Source: Rhizobium phage RHph_I65. Taken from it: a stretch of 32,000 nucleotides of DNA. A program made the position numbers and the translations under genes. Shown one piece after another: positions 1 to 7,736 of the stretch (its first letter is position 1; each line of letters opens with the position of its first letter). The notes beneath the pieces were generated by a model that saw only the letters and a list, made by a program, of their open reading frames with translations, did not search any database and was not told the DNA's origin. The DNA lies in sequence record MN988541.1; one strand, given 5' to 3'.

Positions 1-4
1 CGAG

Positions 5-421
5 ATGGTCGCAAAGTTTCACCGCACATGGATCGTGACCGCCGGTTGGGCGCACCCGATCTGGAATCAATACGCAATCCTCCTGTTCGACCTGAAGGTG
101 GAACCGCCGGAAAAGCCGCCGTACATCGCCAGACCTGGCATGAACTATGAGTTCCATCTCTACGCTCTCGACCCGGGCGCCGTGATCACTGAGGTGGATG
201 CGACCGCCGATTGGGAGCCGATCAAGGACGAGGGGCTGAAGCTCCTTCAGCCGGCAAACCACGCTTATCAATTCTTCTGCCCCGATGACGAGAAGGCCCA
301 GAAGTGGATCCAGTCCCTTGTCGATCTCATCAAGGCCCGGAAGCTCTCCCCCGACACCGACTGGACGCGGACCTGGAATGAGATCTTTTTCCAGGCCGGT
401 GCGGTTTCTTTGAAAAGGTAA
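5..421 (+). CDS. Hypothetical protein next to the modification cassette (true start may lie upstream of the window)
   Basis: 138-aa ORF, same strand and 6 nt upstream of the radical SAM gene; no recognisable motif. Confidence 0.65.
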   Translation: MVAKFHRTWIVTAGWAHPIWNQYAILLFDLKVEPPEKPPYIARPGMNYEFHLYALDPGAVITEVDATADWEPIKDEGLKLLQPANHAYQFFCPDDEKAQKWIQSLVDLIKARKLSPDTDWTRTWNEIFFQAGAVSLKR

Positions 422-427
422 ACGACA

Positions 428-1837
428 ATGCAGAATGAATCCGAATGGCTCCTGGGCCAGAGCGATGAGCCCGCCCAGGACGCTTACCGCTTCTTCATGC
501 GGCCCGATCCCGATATGCGGGAATTCCTCGGGCCGATTGAATATGAAGACGATCCCCTGACCCGCAAACACGCCAAGTTCCGCATGGCGAAGGTCGCGAT
601 GATCCGGGGTGCCGATCCGTCGAAAGAGGTCAAAGTCTACATCGGCTTTGACGATAAGTCCTATGCGCCGCATATCCGGCTGGAGAAGGGCAAGGATCTC
701 CAGGGATGGTATCAGGGCAAGGGCGCCGCATCGGCGGCTTCTCGCGAGCGTCCCTGCATGACAGACGCGATCCTCACCGAGCCCTACGGTGGCTTCTGCA
801 CCGTGGGCTGCGCGTTCTGCTACGTCAACTCGGGCGTCAAGGGCTATCGTGGCTCTGGGCTGATCACGGTCCCGATTGGATACGGTGATCACGTCGGGCG
901 CCAGCTCGATACGATGAAGACCGCTTCTGCCGGATACTTTTCCAGCTTCACAGATCCCTTCCTACCTCTGGAGGAGATTTACCGTAATACCAGACGGGGA
1001 GCGCACGCTTTTGTAAAGCGTGGGTTGCCCATCTTCTTTCTCTCCCGTCTTAGCTATCCCGGCTGGGCAGTCGATATGCTCCAGAAAAACAAGTACAGCT
1101 ACGCCCAGAAGTCGCTGAACACATGCGATCCGGACGACTGGGAAAAGCTTTCCCCGGGCGCACTGCCCCTCCTGGAGCATATCGAGCAGATCGGCGAGCT
1201 TCGCAAGCGAGGCATATATACCTCCATCCAGGTCAATCCCGTCGTCCCCGGGGTCACGTCGGTTGAAGACATCATGAAGCTTTTTGACATGCTCGCGGCG
1301 GTCGGGAATAACCACGTCATCGTCAAGTTCGTGGAAGCCGGATATGCTTGGGCTGGGACCATGGTCGAACGGATCAAGAAGCGTTTCGGAGAGAACCGAG
1401 GCAAGTTCTTCGAAAGCCTGTTCACCGACAATATGGGGGGTCAGAAGTGCGTCGATGAGCAATGGAGGCTCGATGCCCATAGGCGGCTCCAGGAGCACGC
1501 GACCAAGGTTGGGATGACCTATTCGACCTGCTATGAATACGCCTATACCGACCGGGCGGCGGACGGGTCGTTGCTCAGTAAGAAAACCAGGTCCATTGGA
1601 CCCGATCTTCTTACTGCCGATCAGTGCCACGGCCAGCGCGTCCCAATGTACACCCGGCTGGATACCTCGGTGCCGTTCTCCGAAGTCGCCGAGTGCCCAC
1701 CCTCGGGCTGTCTGTCTTGCGGCGACAAGTCGTCCGAAGGCCGGGGAGCCTGCGGCTCACTCCTGTTCGGGGCGGCGAAGGCCAACCGCCTGCCGGACTT
1801 CAAGAAAAGTGCTTACGACCGGGAGGTGAAGCCGTGA
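428..1837 (+). CDS. Radical SAM enzyme (spore photoproduct lyase-like), putative DNA-base modification enzyme
   Basis: 469 aa; CxxxCxxC motif in 'GFCTVGCAFCYVNS'; additional Cys-rich C-terminus 'AECPPSGCLSCGDKSSEGRGACG'. Confidence 0.85.
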   Translation: MQNESEWLLGQSDEPAQDAYRFFMRPDPDMREFLGPIEYEDDPLTRKHAKFRMAKVAMIRGADPSKEVKVYIGFDDKSYAPHIRLEKGKDLQGWYQGKGAASAASRERPCMTDAILTEPYGGFCTVGCAFCYVNSGVKGYRGSGLITVPIGYGDHVGRQLDTMKTASAGYFSSFTDPFLPLEEIYRNTRRGAHAFVKRGLPIFFLSRLSYPGWAVDMLQKNKYSYAQKSLNTCDPDDWEKLSPGALPLLEHIEQIGELRKRGIYTSIQVNPVVPGVTSVEDIMKLFDMLAAVGNNHVIVKFVEAGYAWAGTMVERIKKRFGENRGKFFESLFTDNMGGQKCVDEQWRLDAHRRLQEHATKVGMTYSTCYEYAYTDRAADGSLLSKKTRSIGPDLLTADQCHGQRVPMYTRLDTSVPFSEVAECPPSGCLSCGDKSSEGRGACGSLLFGAAKANRLPDFKKSAYDREVKP

Positions 1838-2322
1838 CCATCATTCATATTCCAGGAACGGTCGGCGAGCGGCGACTTCACTTCACTATCGGTCCGCCCG
1901 GGTGCGGGAAGACGACGCTGGCCCAGACCTTCCTCCAACAGCCCAAAAGAGCGGTCGTCTCCCTGGATGGGCTGCGACACGCGTTGTTCAACGGTAAGCG
2001 GGCCTTCTGGGACAACCCGACCGAGGAGCGGCGATGGCTCGTCCGGAAAGCCTATGACGCCATGTGCTACGATCTGAGGGAACGAACGGATTGGGATATC
2101 ATGCTGCCCAATACCAACCTAGATCCTTGGTTCTGGGATCATGCGCAGATGTGTTTCTACCAGTGGGATATCGTGGTCCACATCTTCGATGACGTCCCGC
2201 TCAAGACGCTCCTGGAGCGCGGGGCGCAGCGCCCGGTTGAAGACAAGATCTCCCCCGAGGTGATCACCGAGTATTACGAGCGCTTTATTGCTCACGACGC
2301 CTACTGGAGGAGCCTCAAGTGA
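1834..2322 (+). CDS. P-loop polynucleotide kinase-like protein; candidate 5-hydroxymethyluracil DNA kinase
   Basis: GTG start at 1834 overlaps the upstream stop (GTGA); Walker A 'GPPGCGKTT', 'DGLR' motif. The ORF-track start at 1624 lies inside the radical SAM gene. Confidence 0.75.
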   Translation: MTIIHIPGTVGERRLHFTIGPPGCGKTTLAQTFLQQPKRAVVSLDGLRHALFNGKRAFWDNPTEERRWLVRKAYDAMCYDLRERTDWDIMLPNTNLDPWFWDHAQMCFYQWDIVVHIFDDVPLKTLLERGAQRPVEDKISPEVITEYYERFIAHDAYWRSLK

Positions 2323-2546
2323 GCGAGAAGCTAACGCGCATCAGAGTGCCGGGGAGGACCGGCGGCGAATTCGGTTTCATGGATTGGGGTGAAAAGACGA
2401 GAGCCGAGATGGTTCAAACCATTCGCCTTCGCGCCGACTATATGAGGGAAATCGTTGCGGCTATCGACGCGACGGCTGACGCAGATTTTGAAGTGGACGT
2501 CGTTCGCGGGAGCCTCATCCAACGCCACTTGAGGAAGATCCCATGA
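2319..2546 (+). CDS. Hypothetical small protein in the modification cassette
   Basis: 75-aa ORF overlapping both neighbours by 4 nt. Confidence 0.6.
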   Translation: MSEKLTRIRVPGRTGGEFGFMDWGEKTRAEMVQTIRLRADYMREIVAAIDATADADFEVDVVRGSLIQRHLRKIP

Positions 2547-3355
2547 GAGACGACCTTGTTGAAGATCCGATTGAGTGGGGGCGGCAGCTCATCAAGACCG
2601 AGGATCATGACCCCCTTTACTCGGGGCTCTGCCGGTGGGGAGCCGATATGCGCGGCTCCCGGGTGCGCCGGTTCCTCCTCACATACTGGTGCTGCTACAG
2701 CGTTGGCGCGGCCTGGTTCATCTCAAAGCAGTCCGGATCTCGCTATTGGGATCTGCTTGAGCAGGCGGCAGCGAATGTTCGCGGACCGTCCGAATTTGGC
2801 TATGGCTTCGACCGCTGGCCGCGCGCTCATGAACGCCGGCATTGGCGCGGTCAGAAGTGCGTGGATAGCGTGCTGTGGTTGCGCGGCGCGTTTCGCCATC
2901 CCGAGGAAGCGGTCATCAGCCTGGAGATGTGCCGGACCCTCGCCGACGTCGAAGCGGTCGCTCAGCGCTGGCCTCTGTTTGGGCCATGGATTAGCTTCAA
3001 GATCGCCGACATGCTAGAGCGCGTCCTAGGTGTGCCCGTCGCGTTCCCAGACGCGATTACATCTCTGTATAAGGATCCACGCGAGGGGGCAGATTTGATG
3101 GCACCCTATCTGGGTCTGGATAACCCCCAGGAGGTCACCGAGCGGCTTCTAGGGGAATACGGTTACACTGATGCCCCGGGGACGGATAAGCGCCACCGGC
3201 CCTGCAACGTCCAGGAGGTTGAAACCGTCCTGTGTAAGTGGAAATCCGCCCGCAAGGGTCACTACTGGTTGGGCTGCGATACGTCGTCGCATCGCAAGGA
3301 GCTTTCCGAGTGGGGCGCTACGGATCTCCTGAACGTGTATCCCAACGGGAAATGA
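2543..3355 (+). CDS. Candidate alpha-glutamyl/putrescinyl thymine pyrophosphorylase clade 2 (amino acid:DNA transferase-like, helix-hairpin-helix glycosylase-related fold)
   Basis: 270 aa; 'GFDRWPRAHERRHWRGQKCVDSVLW' and 'FGPWISFKIADMLERVLGVPVAFPDA' resemble the HhH-like aGPT-Pplase2 family as recalled; context beside kinase and radical SAM genes. Confidence 0.65.
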   Translation: MRDDLVEDPIEWGRQLIKTEDHDPLYSGLCRWGADMRGSRVRRFLLTYWCCYSVGAAWFISKQSGSRYWDLLEQAAANVRGPSEFGYGFDRWPRAHERRHWRGQKCVDSVLWLRGAFRHPEEAVISLEMCRTLADVEAVAQRWPLFGPWISFKIADMLERVLGVPVAFPDAITSLYKDPREGADLMAPYLGLDNPQEVTERLLGEYGYTDAPGTDKRHRPCNVQEVETVLCKWKSARKGHYWLGCDTSSHRKELSEWGATDLLNVYPNGK

Positions 3356-3359
3356 TTGC

Positions 3360-3381
3360 CTATCCCCGGGGGAGGGGATAG
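3360..3381 (+). promoter_or_regulatory. Intergenic hairpin CTATCCCC-N6-GGGGATAG
   Basis: Perfect 8-bp inverted repeat between the stop at 3355 and the GTG at 3426; no T tract follows. Confidence 0.5.
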
Positions 3382-3425
3382 CCTGATCTAAGCCTACCTC
3401 AAAGCCTCAGAAAAGGAGCATCACT

Positions 3426-4034
3426 GTGATTATCAATATTCGCGGCACCAACGGTTCCGGGAAGACGACCCTGGCGAGAACGTTCCAGGATCACCCCTCA
3501 GCCCGCGTCGTCAACCTGGTCGATTACGCGGCGCCGACCAAGAAAGATCCCGAAGCGATCAAGTTTGTCACCGGGGTCGTCACCGATCTCCCGGGCGTCG
3601 GTTCGGTCTGCTGTGTGGGCTCCTATTCCCAAGCCCAAGGGGGGCTCGATACCGTCCCCAACTTTGAGCTCCAGAGGATGGCGATTGCTCACGCGGCGGC
3701 GATCTGCGACCACGTCGTGTGCGAAGGCATTCTGGCTTCGACCGTCGCTGGATCGTTCGTTGAATTCTTCACGCGCATGCAGATCGCGGGCCATAAGGTC
3801 GCCGTCTGCTATCTTGATACACCCCTCCAGATGTGCCTTGATCGCATAAAGGCCCGGCAGGAGAAAGCCGGGAAGGTTCGGGACATCAAGACCGACCAGG
3901 TGGCCGACAAGGTGAAGGCTATCGCCGCGACCCGGGCGAAGTTCGACGCTGCCGGCATTCCGACCTACACGCTGTTCTCTCGCGAGGATATGTGTGAGGC
4001 TCAACTCCACGTCATCATGGGAGAGCAGGCATGA
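3426..4034 (+). CDS. P-loop kinase (nucleotide or DNA-base kinase)
   Basis: 202 aa; Walker A 'GTNGSGKTT' near the N-terminus; GTG start 7 nt after AGAAAAGGAG. Confidence 0.7.
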   Translation: MIINIRGTNGSGKTTLARTFQDHPSARVVNLVDYAAPTKKDPEAIKFVTGVVTDLPGVGSVCCVGSYSQAQGGLDTVPNFELQRMAIAHAAAICDHVVCEGILASTVAGSFVEFFTRMQIAGHKVAVCYLDTPLQMCLDRIKARQEKAGKVRDIKTDQVADKVKAIAATRAKFDAAGIPTYTLFSREDMCEAQLHVIMGEQA

Positions 4035-4327
4035 CTTTCGACGCTAACGCCATCAACGAGGCGGCTATGGGGCAGGCCACTCGTGTCGCCGAGGAAATCG
4101 GTCAGGAGATCCTGGAGATTATCCAGAAGTATTCCGAGACCAACAAGGACGTCAAGGATATGGCCTTGATCGGCGAAACGTCCAACCCCGAGATGGCGCT
4201 GCGGCTCACCATCATGGCGGTCGGCGGTCTGGTCAACGGCTATCCGCGGCTGGAGGGACCGTCTCACAAGGCGTTCCTGACCAAGGTCTTCCTTATGTCC
4301 TTGGGTTACGAGGAGATTGTGCTGTGA
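4031..4327 (+). CDS. Hypothetical protein in the modification cassette
   Basis: 98-aa ORF overlapping both neighbours by 4 nt. Confidence 0.6.
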   Translation: MTFDANAINEAAMGQATRVAEEIGQEILEIIQKYSETNKDVKDMALIGETSNPEMALRLTIMAVGGLVNGYPRLEGPSHKAFLTKVFLMSLGYEEIVL

Positions 4328-5343
4328 ACGACGCTCTCTGGAACTGGATCAACGAGCGTCACGCGATCTACATTCGCAAGAGCCTGCGCGAGGGCAAATC
4401 AAGCGTTTCCCTCTTCCCCAACGCCGACGTCGCGAGCAACTACCTGGACGAGTTCCTTTGGGCTTCGAAGGGATACCCGGACGGAAAAGGAACCCATGCG
4501 GCGTTCTCTGATGACCCTATCCTCCAGCAATACAGGTTCTGCAACGTCTTCCGGGAGCTGGACCGCGTGACCGCTTGGATCCGGTTCAATATCCGCCGGA
4601 AGTGGGCAGATCACCCGAACCTCTGGATCATGCTCGCGATTGCCCGGACGATCAACTGGCCGGACACGCTTCAATTCCTGATTGACAGCCAGTACGCCTG
4701 GCCGGACAATCAGGATTGGAAACCCGAGTATCTGACCCGAGCCCTGGAATATTACGCCAAGCAGGGCAACAAGGTCTACACCGGCGCCTACATGATCCGG
4801 GCCGAAAGCGACCCCAAGAAGGAGTGGTACAGCTGGTCCAAGCACCGCTATATCGCCGAGATCGTGATTGGTCGGCTGTGGGAGGATCGGACCGAGTTTC
4901 AGGAGTATCTGGAGCGCCCGCCCGAGGTTGATAGCCTGACGGGCGTCACCCCTACCCTCCATGGAGCTTGGTCGATGTTCCAGCAGCCTCGTTATATTGG
5001 CTGGGGACCGTTCATGGCGTATCAGGTCGTGGTCGATATGAGGTGGACGAGGTATCTGGAGAACGCCCCGGATATCAACCGCTGGGCAGCGCTCGGTCCG
5101 GGCTCCCGACGCGGCTTGAATCGGCTCGCCGGTCGCCCGGTCGATTATCCTCTCAAGCAGGAGGATGGACTGGAGGAGATGAGGGCGCTCTGGGCAGAGC
5201 AGGATCGCCGCCGAGCCCCATGGGTTCCCCCAATCGATCTCTCGGACATTCAGAACGCGCTGTGCGAGACTGACAAATATCTGCGCGTCAAAAACGGCGA
5301 GGGCAAGCCCCGAGCCCTTTATCATCCTGGAAGGGGATACTGA
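4324..5343 (+). CDS. Candidate alpha-glutamyl/putrescinyl thymine pyrophosphorylase clade 1 (DNA base hypermodification)
   Basis: 339 aa; 'QYRFCNVFRELDRVTAWI', 'LWIMLAIARTINWPDTL' and 'GWGPFMAYQVVVDMRWT' resemble the clade 1 family as recalled; directly coupled to the TS homologue (TGATG). Confidence 0.7.
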   Translation: MNDALWNWINERHAIYIRKSLREGKSSVSLFPNADVASNYLDEFLWASKGYPDGKGTHAAFSDDPILQQYRFCNVFRELDRVTAWIRFNIRRKWADHPNLWIMLAIARTINWPDTLQFLIDSQYAWPDNQDWKPEYLTRALEYYAKQGNKVYTGAYMIRAESDPKKEWYSWSKHRYIAEIVIGRLWEDRTEFQEYLERPPEVDSLTGVTPTLHGAWSMFQQPRYIGWGPFMAYQVVVDMRWTRYLENAPDINRWAALGPGSRRGLNRLAGRPVDYPLKQEDGLEEMRALWAEQDRRRAPWVPPIDLSDIQNALCETDKYLRVKNGEGKPRALYHPGRGY

Positions 5344-6416
5344 TGATTGTAGTCGAAGCAAGAAACGTGAACGACGCGCTGTGGAGGGGGGCTTCAATCC
5401 TCAAATCGCAGGGCGTCCAGCGGGATAGCCGCAACGGGCCGGTGCTCCAAATGCCGTGCCCGGTGACGACAGCTTACAGCAACCCGACCGAGCGCGTCAT
5501 GCTACACCCGGGGCGTGACGCCAATCCCTTTTTCCACCTGGTCGAAGCCCTGTGGATGATCGCCGGTCGCAACGATCTCGCGACCCTGACGCCCTACGTC
5601 AAGAACATGGTGAATTTCTCCGACGATGGCGGGAAGACCCAGCCGGGGGCGTATGGTCATCGGTGGCGGAAGCATTTCCTTCGCCCCGGTTTGGGTAACA
5701 GCTGGATCGATCAGCTACCTTGGGCTATTCGTCGCCTGAAGGACGATCCGAATGACCGCCGCGTCGTGATCCAAATGTATGACGCTGAGGTGGACCAAGA
5801 CGCAGCTGACGACGGCGGCAAAGATATCCCCTGCAACCTGATCGCGCTGCCGACGATCAACATCTACGGCGCTCTGGACCTTACGGTGTTCAACCGGTCC
5901 AATGACATGGTCTGGGGCGCCTACGGTGCCAACGCGGTGCATTTCTCGGTGCTCCAGGAGGTTGTCGCGGCGGCGGTCGGCGTTCCGGTCGGTTACTACT
6001 ACCAGGTGTCCAACAACTTCCATGGATACCTCGCGACCCTCGGGAAGGCTGGGGACGATTGGCCGTGGGGCTTCGCTGGTCCTGCGGATGAGGTTTGGGG
6101 CTCCCCCAATCCGGACCCCTATGAAGCCGGCACCATCCGCCCGTTCCCGATCTGGTCTGACGGTCTGGATACAAGGCTCAATCTCCAGTCGCTGACCGAG
6201 GACATCATCATGTTCTTGGAAGACCCGGCCCGCGTCGGTATCCGCTCGGCGTTCCTTCGCAAGATCGCCTGCCCGATGGTGATGGCTCATCGGGCGGCGA
6301 AAGCCAAGGACTACGAGGCATCTGAAGAAATTCTTCAGCAGATGCCTCATAACAACGACTGGAGAGCCGGGGCTGAGCTCTGGATCAAGAACCGCAAAAC
6401 GCCCAAGGAGGGGTAA
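5343..6416 (+). CDS. Thymidylate synthase / dUMP (or dCMP) hydroxymethylase family protein
   Basis: 357 aa; 'AYGHRWR', DRR motif, catalytic-Cys context 'KDIPCNL', 'FNRSNDMVWGAYGANAVHFS', 'VSNNFHGYL'. Confidence 0.85.
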   Translation: MIVVEARNVNDALWRGASILKSQGVQRDSRNGPVLQMPCPVTTAYSNPTERVMLHPGRDANPFFHLVEALWMIAGRNDLATLTPYVKNMVNFSDDGGKTQPGAYGHRWRKHFLRPGLGNSWIDQLPWAIRRLKDDPNDRRVVIQMYDAEVDQDAADDGGKDIPCNLIALPTINIYGALDLTVFNRSNDMVWGAYGANAVHFSVLQEVVAAAVGVPVGYYYQVSNNFHGYLATLGKAGDDWPWGFAGPADEVWGSPNPDPYEAGTIRPFPIWSDGLDTRLNLQSLTEDIIMFLEDPARVGIRSAFLRKIACPMVMAHRAAKAKDYEASEEILQQMPHNNDWRAGAELWIKNRKTPKEG

Positions 6417-6599
6417 ATGGCGAAGATCAACCTACAGCTGAACGTGGAGCTCATGCCCGAGGACGTTCAGCCCAAGAACAGTTACCGCTACCGGTTCATG
6501 GACGGCGATAACGCGGTGGAATCAATCTACATCAAGCGTCACGCTTTCTCCGGCAAGCCGCCTCAGAAGCTGACCATAGCGATCCGAGGCGAAGAATGA
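6417..6599 (+). CDS. Hypothetical small protein
   Basis: 60-aa ORF immediately following the TS homologue and overlapping the next start by 4 nt. Confidence 0.55.
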   Translation: MAKINLQLNVELMPEDVQPKNSYRYRFMDGDNAVESIYIKRHAFSGKPPQKLTIAIRGEE

Positions 6600-7126
6600 G
6601 CCGGTTCCCTCTTACAGACCGTATCCGCGCTGTGCGCGAGGCTGGCGCGGTAGAGCGCTGCCACGTCATCCCACACATTCGGCCATACGATAATGCCCGC
6701 CACACCTACGGCGTGTGCTGCCTGCTTCGGCTCCTGTGGCCTGAGTCGCCCCAGCTGGTCGATTTCGCTTTGTTCCACGACACCCCCGAGCGCTGGACCG
6801 GCGACGTCCCTGGGCAAGTCATCCGGAACAACCCCGATCTCGGCGCGGTCCTCAAGGAGCGTGACCGGGAAATAACGAACCTCTTCAAGCTTCCCTGTGA
6901 GTTCGATCTCAATGAGATTGACTTCGCAAGGTTCAAGGCCTGTGATCGCCTTGACTTCTGGCTGTGGACGTTCGATGAAGAAGCCTTCGGAAATCGGCAC
7001 GTGCTGAATTCCCGAGGGGAAATTGAACGACATATCTTCAACGATCCCCGCACCCCACAGGAAGTCATCAATTTGATGAACGATTTCCGCGTGGAGGGCT
7101 GGAGACGCCTACCGGAGACACTTTAA
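6596..7126 (+). CDS. HD-domain phosphohydrolase (YfbR/5'-nucleotidase-like)
   Basis: 176 aa; 'ARHTYGV...FALFHDTPERWTGDVPG' H...HD...D pattern. Confidence 0.7.
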   Translation: MSRFPLTDRIRAVREAGAVERCHVIPHIRPYDNARHTYGVCCLLRLLWPESPQLVDFALFHDTPERWTGDVPGQVIRNNPDLGAVLKERDREITNLFKLPCEFDLNEIDFARFKACDRLDFWLWTFDEEAFGNRHVLNSRGEIERHIFNDPRTPQEVINLMNDFRVEGWRRLPETL

Positions 7127-7522
7127 ATGAACGCAGTTCAGCAGGTTGGTGGAACCCACTACGCCGCAGCCTATCAACATTGGGACTGGGCGGTTGATAC
7201 CGGCCTGGACTACATGGAGGGTAACGCATCCGCCTACGTTACCCGCTTCAAGAAGAAAGGCGGGATCATCGACCTGGAGAAGGCGGTGAGCTACATGGAG
7301 AAGCTTCGCCAGAAGTTTGTCGATCAGCAGGCTCCAATCATCCCGGCGGGGGTTCGCCCCTGGCGCGATGAGATCAAGCTCACCCGGTTCCTCCTCGCCA
7401 ATGACCTGGTGGATACCCTCCCCGGGTTTATCATCAAGAAGATGGATAGCTGGCGGGACGAAGGTGACCTGCTCGTTATCATCTACAACCTTCAGGAATT
7501 GATTAATGAAACACGAGTTTGA
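7127..7522 (+). CDS. DUF3310-containing protein
   Basis: 'GGTHYAAAYQHWDWAVDTGLDYMEGNASAYVTRFKKKGGIIDLEKAVSYMEKL' matches the DUF3310 pattern common in phages. Confidence 0.75.
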   Translation: MNAVQQVGGTHYAAAYQHWDWAVDTGLDYMEGNASAYVTRFKKKGGIIDLEKAVSYMEKLRQKFVDQQAPIIPAGVRPWRDEIKLTRFLLANDLVDTLPGFIIKKMDSWRDEGDLLVIIYNLQELINETRV

Positions 7523-7736
7523 AGGCGTCCTTCAGGACGTCCAGACCAAATTCGGCGTTACCCGGGAGGAGCTTCTATGCCCCTCCCGGGGATCGGCCGC
7601 AGTCGCCGAGATCCGTCAACAGGCGATGTACGAGTGCTGGCTCAAGGAACGCAATTTCACGGCGGTCGGTAACTTCTTCGTTCGTGACCGTACGACCGTC
7701 CGCCACGCCGTCCGGAAAATCGAGAATCAGAAATGA
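7506..7736 (+). CDS. Small DnaA C-terminal (domain IV)-like DNA-binding protein
   Basis: 76 aa; 'RQQAMYECWLKERNFTAVGNFFVRDRTTVRHAVRKIEN' resembles the DnaA signature (RDHTTVxHAxxKI). Confidence 0.7.
   Translation: MKHEFEGVLQDVQTKFGVTREELLCPSRGSAAVAEIRQQAMYECWLKERNFTAVGNFFVRDRTTVRHAVRKIENQK

Noticed and set aside
962-1630. 222-aa minus-strand ORF inside the radical SAM gene
   Set aside because: Fully embedded antisense frame with no domain signature.
1624-1833. N-terminal 70 residues of the supplied 1624-2322 ORF
   Set aside because: Overlaps the Cys-rich end of the radical SAM gene; the GTG at 1834 with GGGAGG upstream and GTGA overlap is the better start.
428-1837. Genuine spore photoproduct lyase for DNA repair
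   Set aside because: SPL-like CxxxCxxC is present, but the neighbourhood of kinases, aGPT-Pplase-like proteins and a TS homologue favours a modification role; not formally excluded.
3356-3384. Possible promoter TTGCCT-17-TAGCCT
   Set aside because: The -10 is poor and the element coincides with the hairpin; not enough to call without transcript data.
4399-5397. 332-aa minus-strand ORF
   Set aside because: Antisense to the clade 1 transferase candidate; no motif, and it would break a tightly overlapping operon.
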